A stretch of 57,767 nucleotides of DNA, filler included, from Bipalium vagum (GCA_037834085.1; 3 parts of 3 records of this genome joined end to end with filler, not necessarily neighbours in it); one strand, 5' to 3'. Positions 29,129 to 42,238 are shown, counted from the first letter of the whole stretch. Program-made: numbers and translations. Notes: a model not told the origin generated them from the letters alone.

Positions 29129-30014
29129 CAGTGGGACCTCTGAAAAGTTACCACCTCTTAAAAGTGACCGCAAGATTTTGGTGATCATCTCTATTAAATT
29201 GACCATATTTAAATTTTGTTAAAGTCAGGCTAAATGTCCAGTATAAACTTTTAAGATAATATCAAGAAAATGTGAGCGGTAAATATTTTTGTTTAAATAA
29301 TAGTGATATAACATAACATATTTTGAATTTATGATAAAATTTAATTAGAAGAGGAAAATTAAATAATAATCCGAAAAAAGAAATACTTGAAAAACCATTA
29401 CAAAAAAAATCATCACGAAGAAAATTGGCTGCGAAATATGGTGTTACCAAGACAGCTATACAGAAAATATGGTCTGAAAAAGATTTGATAAATTGCAAAA
29501 CCGAAGTCAGGGAAAAGGTAACATTTCCAATTTAGAAATAGAAAAATTACCACCATTGTTTATTGGCAAATCCAAGTCCGAGAGTTTTTAAAATTTGAAT
29601 TTAGAAGACCTTGAAATTTTTTATGAAGCTAATAAGAATGCGTGAATGACAAAAGAAATATTTGTCAATTGGTTAACAAAAGTAAACCAAAAATTTATAA
29701 ACCAAAATAGAAAAATAATTATGATGCTGGACAATTGCAGTTCTCATGTTGACATAGAGTTATATACATATCAAATTGATAATTTTACCTGCTAACACCA
29801 CCAGTCTTATTCAACCATTGGATGCTGGCATAATAAAAAATTTTAAGGATAACTACAAAAAAATATTAATGAATAGGATCATGTTTTCAGAATCCAGTAA
29901 CATTCCAAAGATAATGAAGTCTATAACAGTATTGGATGCCATAATGTGGTTCAGAAAAGTGACCACCTCTAAGAATGTGACCAGTACTGTAAGTACTTTT
30001 GAGAAGTCCCACTG
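29129..30014 (+). mobile_element. pogo/Tigger-like deletion derivative (886 bp)
   Basis: TA-flanked TIRs CAGTGGGACCTCTGAAAAGT / ACTTTTGAGAAGTCCCACTG; subterminal AAGTGACCACCTCT repeats; HTH-psq-like SRRKLAAKYGVTKTAIQKIW; DDE_1 motifs LDNCSSH and LPANTTSLIQPLDAGIIKNFK. Confidence 0.93.
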
Positions 30015-30069
30015 TATTTAAAATATGCATCAATTTACAAATGAACAAGGAATGCAAATAATTTAAATT

Positions 30070-30690
30070 TATTGCCAAAGTACCCGTTAAATTATGGAAA
30101 CTTCACGCGTATTAAAATCAATTTTTTGCGTTATAATATCCTGACTATAAGCACAGTGAAACGTCTGGTTCAAAGTTTGACATAACATATTTGCTTATGA
30201 ATGCTTGTACTCCATTAAGAAAAAAAAGTGATTTACAAAAAATATTGCAGCTGTTAGAATGTCAATTAAAGTAAAGCAAAATGAATCGATTCGGCGCCGT
30301 TCTCAGAATTGTTATTTCCCAAAAGACATTGTGGTGGATTTTGCACGATTACCTAGGCTTATATCAATATAAGATCAAACTGGCAGAAGAACTAAAGCCG
30401 AATAACCAGTTATTGAGATGAAAATTCTCCAAAAAGGTTTTGAAAAACCTCGAAAATTATATTAATTTTTATCAGAAATTTATTTTCAGTAGCGACGTTC
30501 ATTTTTGGCTCAATGACTTTTAGAATAAGCAAGATTGCAGGACTTGGTCAAGCTCAAACCTAGAATTGATATCATTAATCCACAAAAAATTCACTGTCTG
30601 GTTCGGTTTTAATGCTTTAGGCTTTTTTGGTCCGTTCTTGGACCATGGAAAAACGGGTTACAGTAAATGGAGAAAGATGAACAAAACAGG
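30070..30690 (+). mobile_element. Degenerate rosa/DD41D-like transposase, N-terminal to mid part
   Basis: NIAAVR, ESIRRRSQ, YKIKLAEELKP, HFWLND, NKQDCRTW, TVNGER relics. Confidence 0.75.
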
Positions 30691-31010
30691 TTTTCAAAAT
30701 CTCTATAAATAGCGTTCTCAAAGGGTCTTCATCATCATTGGTGATAATCAAAGTCTTATTCTGCTGGTGATATATCCAAAATCATCTCCTGAATATTGAT
30801 TTTGGGAATTTTTTCTTAAATCTCCAAATTAAATTGATACGAAAAGCAAAATTGTTTTAATAAGATGGGCTCTGTGGAGTGCCCACATCAGTCACTTATT
30901 TAAATGTAAATAAAAATTATAAAATAAATCAATAAATCAATAAATCGAAATATAAATTCATGAATCAGGAAGCTCTTTATTAGTTTACGGTATTATTGTA
31001 ATATTCAGTC

Positions 31011-31691
31011 TCATCCAAGAGGAAATTCCTTCAGCTTTTCATTGATCACCGGTGGCAGCTTTTTGCTGATCAGCTTCAACACGAAATCTTTAAGTTTTGA
31101 CTTAAAAAACAGATTGAGAAGATTGTCGAAGCCACTGATAATGCCCATAGCTTTGATATCGATTTTTTTGATTGATACAACGTCTATGTTATTAATCACA
31201 AGAGGTCCGCCACTTTGTATGGGAATAGTGACCATTCCATTGATGTTCACGTCTTCCAACGATAATTTCACGAAATTGTCGAAATTGTGAAAAGGAATTC
31301 TGACCCTCATCATTGCGAAAAGATTAACTTCAGCAACAGAAAGACAGAGTTCTAATGTCAAGTCTGTCGAGGGAGTTTTAAACTTTAGATCAGTATTACA
31401 GCTCCTCTTGATCGATTCCAGACCGGATAGGTTGATCGAAGACATTGTGATACCAACGGCTGTAACATTCGGTATCGGTAATTCCTTGAATTTTGGTGAA
31501 AATCTCGTTATTAGGGTATCGGCGACTATGTCCAAAGTGTTAGAGCATGACATTTCTGAAAAGATGAAAGTCATGTTTTAATAACCTTTACGGTATTACT
31601 ATTCGTGAAAAATACCCTGATCACCATTTGAAGGACCCGAAATCCAGATGAAACAAAAGATCAGAATTTCAAACAAACGACAGTGATGCAT
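31011..31691 (-). CDS. Two-exon secreted protein, 206 aa, probable single-domain TULIP fold (BPI/LBP N-terminal, group-7-allergen or JHBP-like)
   Basis: Exon 1 31691-31616 (MHHCRLFEILIFCFIWISGPSNGDQ+G, hydrophobic signal peptide). 60-nt GT...TTTTCAG intron 31615-31556. Exon 2 31555-31011 joins in frame (Q-E-M-S-C). AATAAA on minus at 30981-30976. Pattern of N-terminal helix, alternating hydrophobic strands and long C-terminal amphipathic helix suggests TULIP (inference). Confidence 0.8.
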
Positions 31692-32250
31692 TTTAAGTGA
31701 GCCTGGCTGCAATGATAAATTATTATTTATATTGATAGAAATATTGATAAATATCGATAAATCCGGTAATTTAGTCGAACGTTTGTTTATATGATGACAT
31801 TGGTTACATCCAATTAAAATCATTATTTAATAATAATAATAATATTTTCCGGATTATCTTTGGTAATAATATAAACTAAAATTTTATTTTTCAACTTGTA
31901 TTTTTGTGTGATCTTCAGTTCTCACGGTTCTGATCCAGATAGTCATTGATCTCATTTTAAGTTATTATTTAAGTCTTTTATTCCATACAAATCTCTACTA
32001 TCTGGTACAAGATTTTGTCAAAACCACGCAATAATTCAATGTTCAACGATGAATGCTGATGACAGAGGTTTCATTATTCGTTACAGATGATGAAGAATCA
32101 ATTTTAAAATAAATACTTATAAAATTTAAGGTATAAGTTTCAAATAAGACTGATTTTTTGGAAAGACTGCTTTTACCTGGGTACATTTCAAAATTAATTT
32201 GAATATTTTCAAAATATTTGATAAATTTTACAATGAAATTCATTTACAAA

Positions 32251-32323
32251 TGTTGGATTGGCCAAGGGCACATTCTTTTAACTCTTCGAATTATTAGACC
32301 GCTAGAGGTATTAGAATAATAAT

Positions 32324-32404
<81 letters not shown>

Positions 32405-35400
32405 TACTTTCGTTTATCTTGAATGATCGAATGTCGAATGGCTAAGATTAGATCAGGATTCGCAATTAGGGACAGATTTAGTTTTAAGGGCCTAAAAATG
32501 AAATTGACATTCTTAATTAATAATACTGGTGTGCAACTGATTAGTCGTGTGATCATTATAAAAGGCATTGGAGTCCACAGTGGACTGCCATATAAAAAAG
32601 AGTTTTTGTTTGTTTTAAATTGATTATTTGGAATGCTAGAAGAAAAATTACTGGTAATAATTTATTTTATTATGCGTTGTTAGGGTGTTTATAATGGTTA
32701 ATTCTTCTTTACTACACATTAAAAAGACGTCAGAGTTATAAAAAGTTTTTATTCAAACAAAATATATTTACGTAATACGTAACCCCCCCCTCCCTTCAAT
32801 TAAGACTGATGCCACTTCTTCAGCCATTCAATTCTCCTCAGTTTGATTTCTCCTGGATCTGTCAGTTCAACTTGATGTGGGGATAGAAAGTTTTTGATCT
32901 TGTATGGATCTTCATATTGGAAATCATTCTTCTTTCTGTTTTACGGCTCTTTCCGTAACAATACTTCTTCACCAATAGAAAACTGACGTCGACTTCTAAT
33001 ATCCGTTTCGAAGTTCTTCATTTTATCGGCTGCAATGTCTAAGTTTCTTCGAGCTTCTCTAAAAATCTCTGTTTCTGGATAGGTTTGGTCACGGCTGCCA
33101 GAGTGAAGATTGACTTTGTAGCTCAATACAATTTCAAATGGAGAAATCGTTTGTTGAGCTCTGCTGAGTAGCATTAATACTAAATTCAATTCTTGGGAGC
33201 AACTCGTGCCAATCTTTTTCCTGACAACCGCTCTTTAGAGATGTGGTTACTCGCTCGACCAGACCATTGGAATGGTGCTGGTAAGGTGAACTGAATTCAC
33301 ACTCGATATTGAGGTCTCTCCATTTTTTGATTAATCCAAGAACTCTCAAACCTCTTTCCTCTATCTGTTAAAATACTCTTCGGCTTGCAAAATCTATAAA
33401 TCTAATGGTTCATTATTGCCTTTAAGATTGATTGATTATCAAGTTTGGATATCGCGCATAGACTCATTAGTTTGCTAAAATGGTCAATAATGACAACCAT
33501 GTTTTTGTAGTGTGCCCCTGCTTTTTCCATAAAGGCTACATCTACCACGATCTGCTCTGAGAAATGTGAGCTTCTTCTCGGAATAAGGATTTCTTTAGTG
33601 CGCGTTTGATCAATTTTTCTCTTGGCACAACATCAAACGTGTTTAAACATCGTTTGACTAAATTCCACATCGATGGCCAATAGTAATGATCTTTCAGATA
33701 GTTAAATATTTTCTTTCTACAAAATGACACAGGTCGGCATGAATCTTCATCACAAATTCATCAATAAATCTTTCTGGGATAATGATAAGATCTCGTTCAC
33801 TTCTTGATAAGATCAACAAATCATCGGTAAATTCCAATCTATCTCTTAAATGATAAAAACTGTTATTCCTCAATTCTTCAGGATATTCTCTCCTCAATCC
33901 GGTGTGCTCAATATCAAAGAATATCAAAATATTTTCCCATATTTCACATATTTCCAATATTTTCACATATTATGCAATGGTATACTGGTTTGATGATTAA
34001 ATGCCATCATTACTTGATTTCCCCTATGTCAGATATTTTCTTAATCAAGTCTGATGACTCAAAATTATTTACCACGCACAGTTGAATCCCAAAATTCTTC
34101 ATAATGTCGACACCTCCAATAAAGTCGGGCTGCAACTTTTTCACGACAATAATATCAACTTCGATCTCCTTTCCCTTCGAAGAGATATTTGCTTTGAATG
34201 ATCCAAGTGGCCTTTCTCCTCCAGACGAAAAAACGCCATTGAACAACATTTTTCTTTCCATTAGACGTGGATTCCGAAGTTTGTTCCAACAATTTTCGTT
34301 CATCTCAGTAACTGAGGCTCCGGATCTCACAACATTTCGATCTTCATGCCTCATATCTTCATCCAACTCCACTGTCTGCCAACCGATGTCTCGAACATCT
34401 CAGCATCTAGCACATTCCGATTTTGATATGATCTTAATGGTTCAACCCCACAGACGAAATGTGAGTAATGAGGTCAGCCTGGTTTTTTCTTCATCTGATT
34501 CATAAGAATCGTCTTGGTTTTGTGAATCATCTTCTACTTCATCGTGAATACACATTATGGATCTTCTTGGAATTCTCGGATTTGAATTCAATATCTGGTA
34601 TGAACGGAAAAGGTTTCCATCTGTTCCACAAATCAGACATTTGCTTTTCAGTGGACAATGCAATCGCACATGATCGTCACCACCGCAGCAAAAACATTGA
34701 TTTGACCGCAGATATTCATCTCGTGATGCCGGAATACCTTTACATCTGTTGTAAAATCATCTGGCTATATGCATGGTAGAGAATTGTGGAGTTTCTCGTT
34801 GCTCTGAATATGATGGTTTATCTTCTCGACTTTTTTGTCTTCTAAATCCGTCATCTCTTCGATATTCTTTCTCTGCTTCTTTAATTATATGAGCAGATGT
34901 CAAATTTGTCTTTTGAGTAACTCGATTGTACGCAGATGTATCTGAACATTTGGACTGAATTTTTTTGAGGAAATTTCTTTGAACTGTTTCTGCATAACTT
35001 CTTTGCCTCACGAAATCGACTTGAAATTCCTTCTTCTGATCCATTTTTGATTCCATTATTTCATATAGCTTGACCATAGCTATAATATCTTCGACTTTGG
35101 CGTTCGATTTCGAAACTTGAGCATCTCGAAGTCTAGCACTTCTAGCTCGTTTTGTTGAAAATTCGGTAATAATCTCTCCTTGCGACAATCCAGAGTTAAA
35201 GATGTCATTCATTAAATTCCGAATACGAATTTCAAAGGTTGCAAATCTTTCACCCGAATTTTGTCTAACTTCTGACAATTCGCAAATTAAATCGGTTATT
35301 GGTTTCTTCTCCTAAATGTGTCAGCAAACCACGACTTTGCTTCTTCTTTTGTTGTTGCTTCTGTCTTGAAACTCTTCCATAAGGTTGAGACTTCGTGAGA

Positions 35401-36022
35401 TAATAGCAGATCAAATACACCGATCAGGCATAATTCATTCATAATGAGCCATTTCTCAATATCTTTCAACCATCCTTCGGCTTCAGTAGAGCTTCTGCCG
35501 TTATATCGTTTGATTTGAAATCCAAAAATTTCCTGAGCGTTTTTTGGTAACGCATCCATGACTATTTTTTTTCATACTTCTGGTTATAGCACATATATTT
35601 TCAGTGTGCTCGCCAGTTAGTTCTTCTTTACTACACATTGAAAAGACGTCCGAGTTATAAAAAGTATCTATTCAAACAAAACACAATTACGTAACACGTA
35701 ACTATAAGCGTACTTTACTTATGCTTTACTTTGCAACTTACTTATTGACATTATTGAATTTGTTCTATTTGATTTGATTTATTGTTTTTATTTGATTCGA
35801 TATTTTACTAGATTTTATATTTATTGATTGGTTTTTAATTGATTTGTTCATTTATTGTTGGAGACATTTTTCATTTTGAGATCGATTTGATGTGTGACAT
35901 TCATTCGAGTATGTGTTAGCAAAATAAAGTTTTATTGTGATCGTTTTGATTCAATTACTTTACAACACGTTATTGACATAAGTGAAATGGTCAATAAACT
36001 ATAAATAAATAATGTTTTTACA
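32251..36022 (+). mobile_element. Older diverged family-A LTR split by the Gypsy insertion (halves ~32251-32694 and ~35703-36022)
   Basis: Begins TGTTGGATTGGCCAAGGGCACAT (cf. TGTTGGGTTAGCCAAGGACACAT); 32440-32595 matches the AAGATTAGATCAG...CAGTGGATTGCCAT block; 35900-36000 matches the family 3' block (CACGTATTGACA...AGTGAA). Right end approximate. Confidence 0.78.
32695..35702 (-). mobile_element. Ty3/Gypsy LTR retrotransposon, ~3.0 kb, ~87-bp LTRs, gag-protease-integrase, RT/RNase H missing, degenerate
   Basis: Direct repeats ~32697-32783 and ~35616-35702. PBS-like TGGCGAGC directly after the 5' LTR; PPT GAAGGGAGGGGGGG before the 3' LTR. Gag knuckle CFCCGGDDHVRLHC; protease-like xSGASV...FIGGVD; integrase IIDHFSK, LTDRG, SPYQHHSNGLVER. 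Candidate TATAA TSD at 32690-94 and 35703-07. Confidence 0.92.
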
Positions 36023-36349
36023 TGCGATACAAAATGAAAAATTTTTAATCTTTATAATATTAATATGCAAATTCTTTTTGTGTTTATATAAATATAAATA
36101 TAGCTCCTTATTTAAATGAAATATTTCATATTTATTCATATATTATTTTAGAATATTTTTAGAATTGAAAATGTATGACGAAACTCATCTTAGACATTAC
36201 ATCCTTTTTGAGTAACAAACAGACTATTAGTGTATAAATTTTTAAGACCAATAAATATTTAACCTTCAATAAAATGTAAGATATCAAGATTTTATATTTG
36301 TTATTCTGCCTTTTTAAATAACTTGATTATTATCTTTATTATTATCCCT

Positions 36350-36712
36350 TTCACCAAGATAACGCCCGCCGGTATGTTACAAAGGCTACATTAGAGAAAC
36401 TCAGAAATTTGGAATGGTAATAATGAGTCATTCACCGTATTCGCCTGAAATTGCTCCATAGGATTACCACCTATCCCGGAGTCAACAAAATTACTTTGAT
36501 GGATTAAAGATGAATACTATGGATAAGGTAAAAATAGTACTGAACGAGTACCAAATCTAAGGATTTTTACAAAAGAACCATTGAAAATCTACCTACAAGG
36601 TGAAAAAACATTGTACAGAACGAGGTAACATTTTATTTAATAAATTTTATCAAAAAATCTTTTTTGTAATTTAAAAATAGAAAAAACCGCTTTCCTTATG
36701 GGATGACCTAAA
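36350..36712 (+). mobile_element. Mariner 3' fragment with terminal repeat
   Basis: HQDNAR, HSPYSPEIAP*DYHL; ends CTTATGGGATGACCTAA. Confidence 0.75.
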
Positions 36713-38064
36713 ATATTACATTTTAGGTCAAATTGTGACTGTGCCCGTAATTATGGGAAAAAATTTTCATTATGAAAGTAAAATTTTATGTAAAATTTAT
36801 TTTTTCATTTTAAAAATATTATTTTACATGAATTATCGAAATTTAATTCTCTTATTAAAATAACAGTAAAACATTTTGTTTAAATTAATAATATACCTTT
36901 GTACCAAACCAGGTTGTTATTTTACTGTAATTTTGAAATTGTTTTCCTGAACACTATTATTATTATCTTATCATTAAACGGTACCTTCAATTTGAAGTAT
37001 TAAGTTGATTTATAGATTGAAATTAGTGATAAGTAAATGTTTGCACTTATCTATTGATCGAAAGTAATAATAAAAGTAAGTCGTTAATTTTTATTCCAAC
37101 TTCATATTAACCTCGATGTAACCAGTAAAACTTTAAAAACCATTTTCCTGTAAAATATTTTATTTGTTTTCCAAAATATTTAATCGATTTTAGGTAGACC
37201 GCGCCCAATATATGTTGAGAGAAATCAGTGCAATTACCAAGCAAAAGTTGAAAATTAATTCCGTCAATAATATTAAGGTCAAGTGTTTTTTTTTGAAGAA
37301 GATCGCAGACTTCAGATCATATCTAAAGACTTGAGCTCATCGGTCACAGCCAAGTGAAAGAGTTCATTATGGTTCCAGCGACGAAATACTTTTGTGGGAC
37401 CAATTTCATTTCTCGAAACATATGACAAGAGAAACATTTTTTTACTGAGAAACGATCAAATCGAGAATTAAGAATAGACATTTTTCGGTGATTTTACTAT
37501 TTTTTTAACTATTTGTTACGTCCATTGATTTTAAAAATAATCAAATATTGATAAAACAATTTTTATTGATAATATTTTGGTATTGATATATTTTTTAATA
37601 TTAAATATTTAAATTTATATTGGATTATTGAATTATGTTGGTTATATAAATTTATTATATTTCGTTACTGAAAGCTATTGATTATAGGTTATATTCATTA
37701 TTTCGTGTTTTATCAATTATATTAATGTGAAATGTTAAGTCTCTATTGATTCTAGGTTTTAAAATAAGTTTTCAAAATAGTTAGATAAATAATAATAGTT
37801 AATATTATATATAATTTAATGTAATTGAAATATAAGGACAATGCAACTTGACAAGAACTGGAATATTGCTTATCACCATAAATATGGAATGCGTCAATTG
37901 ATAGTTTTCAGACCCTTTTGATAAACGTCAATTATCAGTAAACAAGACAATCTTTGAACATGTACTTTACATGAAAATTATATTTGCACTGATACAACTT
38001 ATAAGGGCCTGTTTCAGTCAATTTTCTCTGTTTTACTTTTTTCAATTTTAATAGCAGCGATGTG

Positions 38065-38123
<59 letters not shown>

Positions 38124-38144
38124 TTATTATTTACATCTTTAAGA

Positions 38145-38244
38145 NNNNNNNNNNNNNNNNNNNNNNNNNNNNNNNNNNNNNNNNNNNNTTAATTAATTAA
38201 NNNNNNNNNNNNNNNNNNNNNNNNNNNNNNNNNNNNNNNNNNNN
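38145..38244. other. Artificial scaffold spacer N44-TTAATTAATTAA-N44
   Basis: Same construct as 19249-19348. Confidence 0.97.
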
Positions 38245-38409
38245 ATTATTTTTTTATTTTTAGTAATTATTTTTTACTAAGTTTTCTAAATTTAGAATTA
38301 TTTTTATTTATTATTATTTTTTACTGATTTCTCCGGATTTAGAATTATTTATATTTATTTAATATTTTATGATTTTATAATTTCAGGACTTATCAATAAT
38401 AATATTCAT

Positions 38410-39500
38410 TTACAAATACTTCACACACATGCACAATAAAAAGCTTTACAATATTTTTTTGTCCCATACAAGGGATAATGAAAGATCACATAAAAGATGG
38501 TTGAGTAAATAATGTTCAAATTCACAAAAATTGTTAAAAAGTCTATATTTCTCCTGGAATTGCTGGAGGTTTGCTTGGGAGTCCCCACAGGAATATAAGC
38601 CGCCCGAAGCATAGAACCCAGACATCTTCCTGGTTTGGGTTAGTTTTGCCTGGCCACCTCCTGTGAGGCTTCAGACTACAGCATATGCCTGGATTTTTGA
38701 TTTGGGTTTTACAATTTACAAATTACACGCACTTTTCAATTCTATTACGGAATTTCATCCATATTTCCGCTGATTTATATATAGCCGTAAATGCACATTT
38801 ATTGGCTAATCCATTAATCATATCTTTAGTGAAACCTAGGCTGCGCTATGTTTTGTTATTATCAGGGTTCCAGGAACGTAAAGCACCAACGATAAAAGTG
38901 TGGAGTTCGCACTCCCAATATCTACCAAGTGCTTTTTTGGCTTCATCGATTAAGATTTTATATTTCTCAAGATTCTTTTTGTGATTTTCCTGGAATCCTA
39001 GGTCAGTGTCATATGGCGTTTTTGTCAATAATAATATATCTCTTTTTTGATGAATTCGAGAGCTGAATATCTAGAATGAGGTTATAAGATGAATAAATTG
39101 GGTGTCTTTCAATTTGAATTTTCCATTAATTCTCATCCAGTTTTTCTAAAAGAGTATTTGGTGGACAATCTCTTATTTTACTGTGCCTATGTCTTGTTAA
39201 TGGCAGGATTTTAATACAAATGCATAGCGCGTGAGATGCAGTTTCTCTACAAATTTTGCAAGCCCTGTATATATGATCTTTGATTTGACACCTGGCCTTT
39301 GTGGGGAGATCCACTATGCGTGCCTTGTGTAGGAAGTACCAAGTTTCTCTGTTGAAGGGCCCATTCATTACTATTTTATTGAAGTATTTGTTAATAGCAA
39401 TATTTTTGAAAAGTAGGCCAGCGATTTTGAGATCGATTAGGTCTTGGAATTTATTTTCAGCCACGTTGATATTGGAAGTTTTTGCATAATTTCCTTTTGT
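38410..39500 (-). mobile_element. 5'-truncated RLE non-LTR retrotransposon (NeSL/R5/Utopia-like) with 3' UTR
   Basis: WYFLHKAR, zinc-knuckle relic CKICRETASHALCIC, RHRH, then PYD...KYK...FIVGALRSW and SAEIW, typical of R2-group RLE C-termini; frameshifted. Confidence 0.85.
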
Positions 39501-39828
39501 TTAATGTGTTGAAACACATTTTATCACCTCTTTCATTTTTTACCAATGTTAAAAATTCATCTGTACTTCCATCATAATCAATATTGATATTGATTTTATT
39601 TTCGATTAATAAATATTTCTTGGCCATAGCTATTTGTGAAAACCTTCAAGTTGATAATAGTTTACTTTCTGATTTTAATAATCAGTCAATAAATTATTGA
39701 TTAAAAACTTAAGTTTATAACTGTACATATAAAAACGACATTTATTTCCGGTAAACTTAATCCCATTGAAATTCTATAAAATAAAATTGATATTATGATC
39801 AACCTATTAGAAAAAATTGAAAACTATC

Positions 39829-39894
39829 AATTCTAGGAATATTGGAAATTCCGAGAACTTTGAGAATTCTAGGAATATTGGAAATTCTAAGAAT
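39829..39894 (+). repeat. Two-copy 36-bp tandem repeat
   Basis: AATTCTAGGAATATTGGAAATTC occurs twice, 36 bp apart. Confidence 0.8.
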
Positions 39895-41109
39895 ACAGTG
39901 ACACGGAAAAAATAATTTGTCCACTGAAGAATTTAATACATTCAAAAATATCATCTTGGAATTTACGACTCAATATTTCATCTCTCTAATCAAAGAAAAC
40001 CTTAATATTAATAAACAAATAATCTTGGAAAATTATATTTTATTACATAATTCCTTAATTCTTGATCCCCTAATTTATATATATTTATTAAAAATCATCA
40101 CTGTTTTAAGGATTTGATGTAAATTAAGTAAAAGCTTCCCCAAAATATAAATACATTGAAATTAAAATCTTGATTTTTTAAAGTTTTAAAATTATTAAAA
40201 CTTAATAAAAATATTTTAAAAAGCTAAAAAAATATTTTATTTATTAAATAGCTGGAGACAATGAATATTTTAAAATTCGGCCCTTTGATAAAATTTAATA
40301 ATTTTTTTAAAAACCTATTGTTTAAATTAATGGTCAGTATATTATAAAATAAAAGTTCCAGATTTTTAATTAATAAACATCAACAGGTCATATTTTTAAA
40401 ATAATTTATTGCTAAAATTCCAAGTTATTTAATACGAGAAATATTGTCATATATTAAAAGATCTTTTTAATATTATTTTTTATTAATAATTTAATTAAAA
40501 GTATCAAATAATTTTCTTGAAGAAAAGTATCTTTTAAAATATTAAATGAACATCGAAATTTTCCAAAGGGGAATTTTAAATATATTTTAGTAATTTTTAA
40601 TTTAGGTTAAATTTTAATTTTTAAAAAAAAGTTTTTGTTTTTGTTTATTGATTTAAATGTATTAAGTTTTATGATACTCTAAGCATTATTTATGAGCTCA
40701 TAAATTATAAAACTATGAAACAGAACTCGAACAGATATACCAATTTAATACTTTAATGTTTCAGATTATTATTTAAATAACGATAGTTTTTTGAAATTGT
40801 AATAAAATCTTTTGTTTTAATTTCAATATAAAATCATTTGAAATGTAAAATCTCTTTAACACAAATATATTTCTTATGTAAATCTGTTTACTCAATACTT
40901 TTTAGGTATATTAGTACAAAAACAAATTATTAAGAGCTTAACAAAAATAAAGGAAATTAAAACAATTTTTCACATTATTAACTCCAAAAATATATCACGA
41001 GAGTCCTTTAATAAGTCGAAATTAAAGACACGTAGATATAAAACCAACAATTATAGTATTAAAAATCTTTTCATTGAAATTAAAATCCATTCTTTACAAA
41101 TTATCATAA

Positions 41110-41140
<31 letters not shown>

Positions 41141-41538
41141 TTCTTGATAAACATAGTTTAATCCTGATCACCTCAAATGTCGAGGTTTGATTACAGAGGA
41201 TTTTAGTATTATACAAACCAATTTTAAAAATATATATATAAATTTCATGCCTTATCTAGTCAATAAGCAAAATCAGGTCATAATTAAAGGACTTTATTAA
41301 AAAATATTTGAAAAAATTAAATTATTTAATTACTTACTCTATTCATTACATTAAAACACAACTTCAACATTTGCCTATAAAAATTACAGAAATTAATTTT
41401 ACGATAACCAAGTATATTTAAGACATCAATTATACTTTCCTAAAAAGGTTCTCTGGTGATTACACGAGGAGGAATTTTATTTCGGCTTGCTTTGATCACC
41501 GAAAATCCTCTTTGGTAGTATTATATTCTGAACTATAG

Positions 41539-42238
41539 TGTTACGTCTTAATAATGTGTAGCTGTAAGGTCAAAATCTTTACTGACCCCTTACTTATAAT
41601 TAATAACTTTTATTATTATTATTATTTATTAATCACAAAGTTCCAATAGAAACAATAATATTTCAACTAAATGGTAGTAATAGTCAAAGTCAAAATTTGT
41701 CAAACAAACAATGAACATGATAAACGAGATGTTCAAGTATCAAATGAAAAAATCGAAATTAAAATTAAGTCACTGTCAATAACCAAATTGTCAAGAATCG
41801 AATAAAAAATCAAATTATGCAAAAGTTAAAAAATGATTTCAGTAATATTACGATTCTTTAAAAAAAGTTAAATAATTAACGAACAGCAAAAAGAAGAACC
41901 ATCAGCCTTTTGCGATGAGTCACTGTGTCGTCAGCTAGACCCGAACTGGTATGCCTATAGACGACAAAGTAGAATGGAATCCATTGTTGAATCCTGTAGA
42001 ATCAAGATACAAAATAAAAGAACTTAAAATAATGTCTTTTGATGATAAGTGTTGTCACCAAAAATCTTTTATTCCAAGAAAAAGTTTTTCAAAAACAAAA
42101 ATATCAAAAATATTACCAAAAATTAAGTTAGCATATAAAATAAACTTTTTCTTGGGCGAATCTTATGATCAGCGTTCCCTTTTTATATTGGCCACCATTT
42201 TTTTGGTCTATTTTTTAATCTTGTGATAGTAAACAACA
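41539..42238 (-). mobile_element. Possible distant solo LTR with family-A-like layout
   Basis: TGTTACG...CAACA termini and the same order of A-rich block then GC-richer block as 28141-28978; little direct identity and no TSD. Confidence 0.4.

Noticed and set aside
31042-31290. Plus-strand ORFs overlapping real coding regions (also 34104-34505, 34468-34779, 44882-45100, 48227-48433, 38685-38984)
   Set aside because: Antisense shadows of minus-strand coding sequence.
32311-32568. Poly-Ile ORF (also 45288-45473)
   Set aside because: Translation of (ATT)n microsatellite or alternate frame of the Asn/Asp tract.
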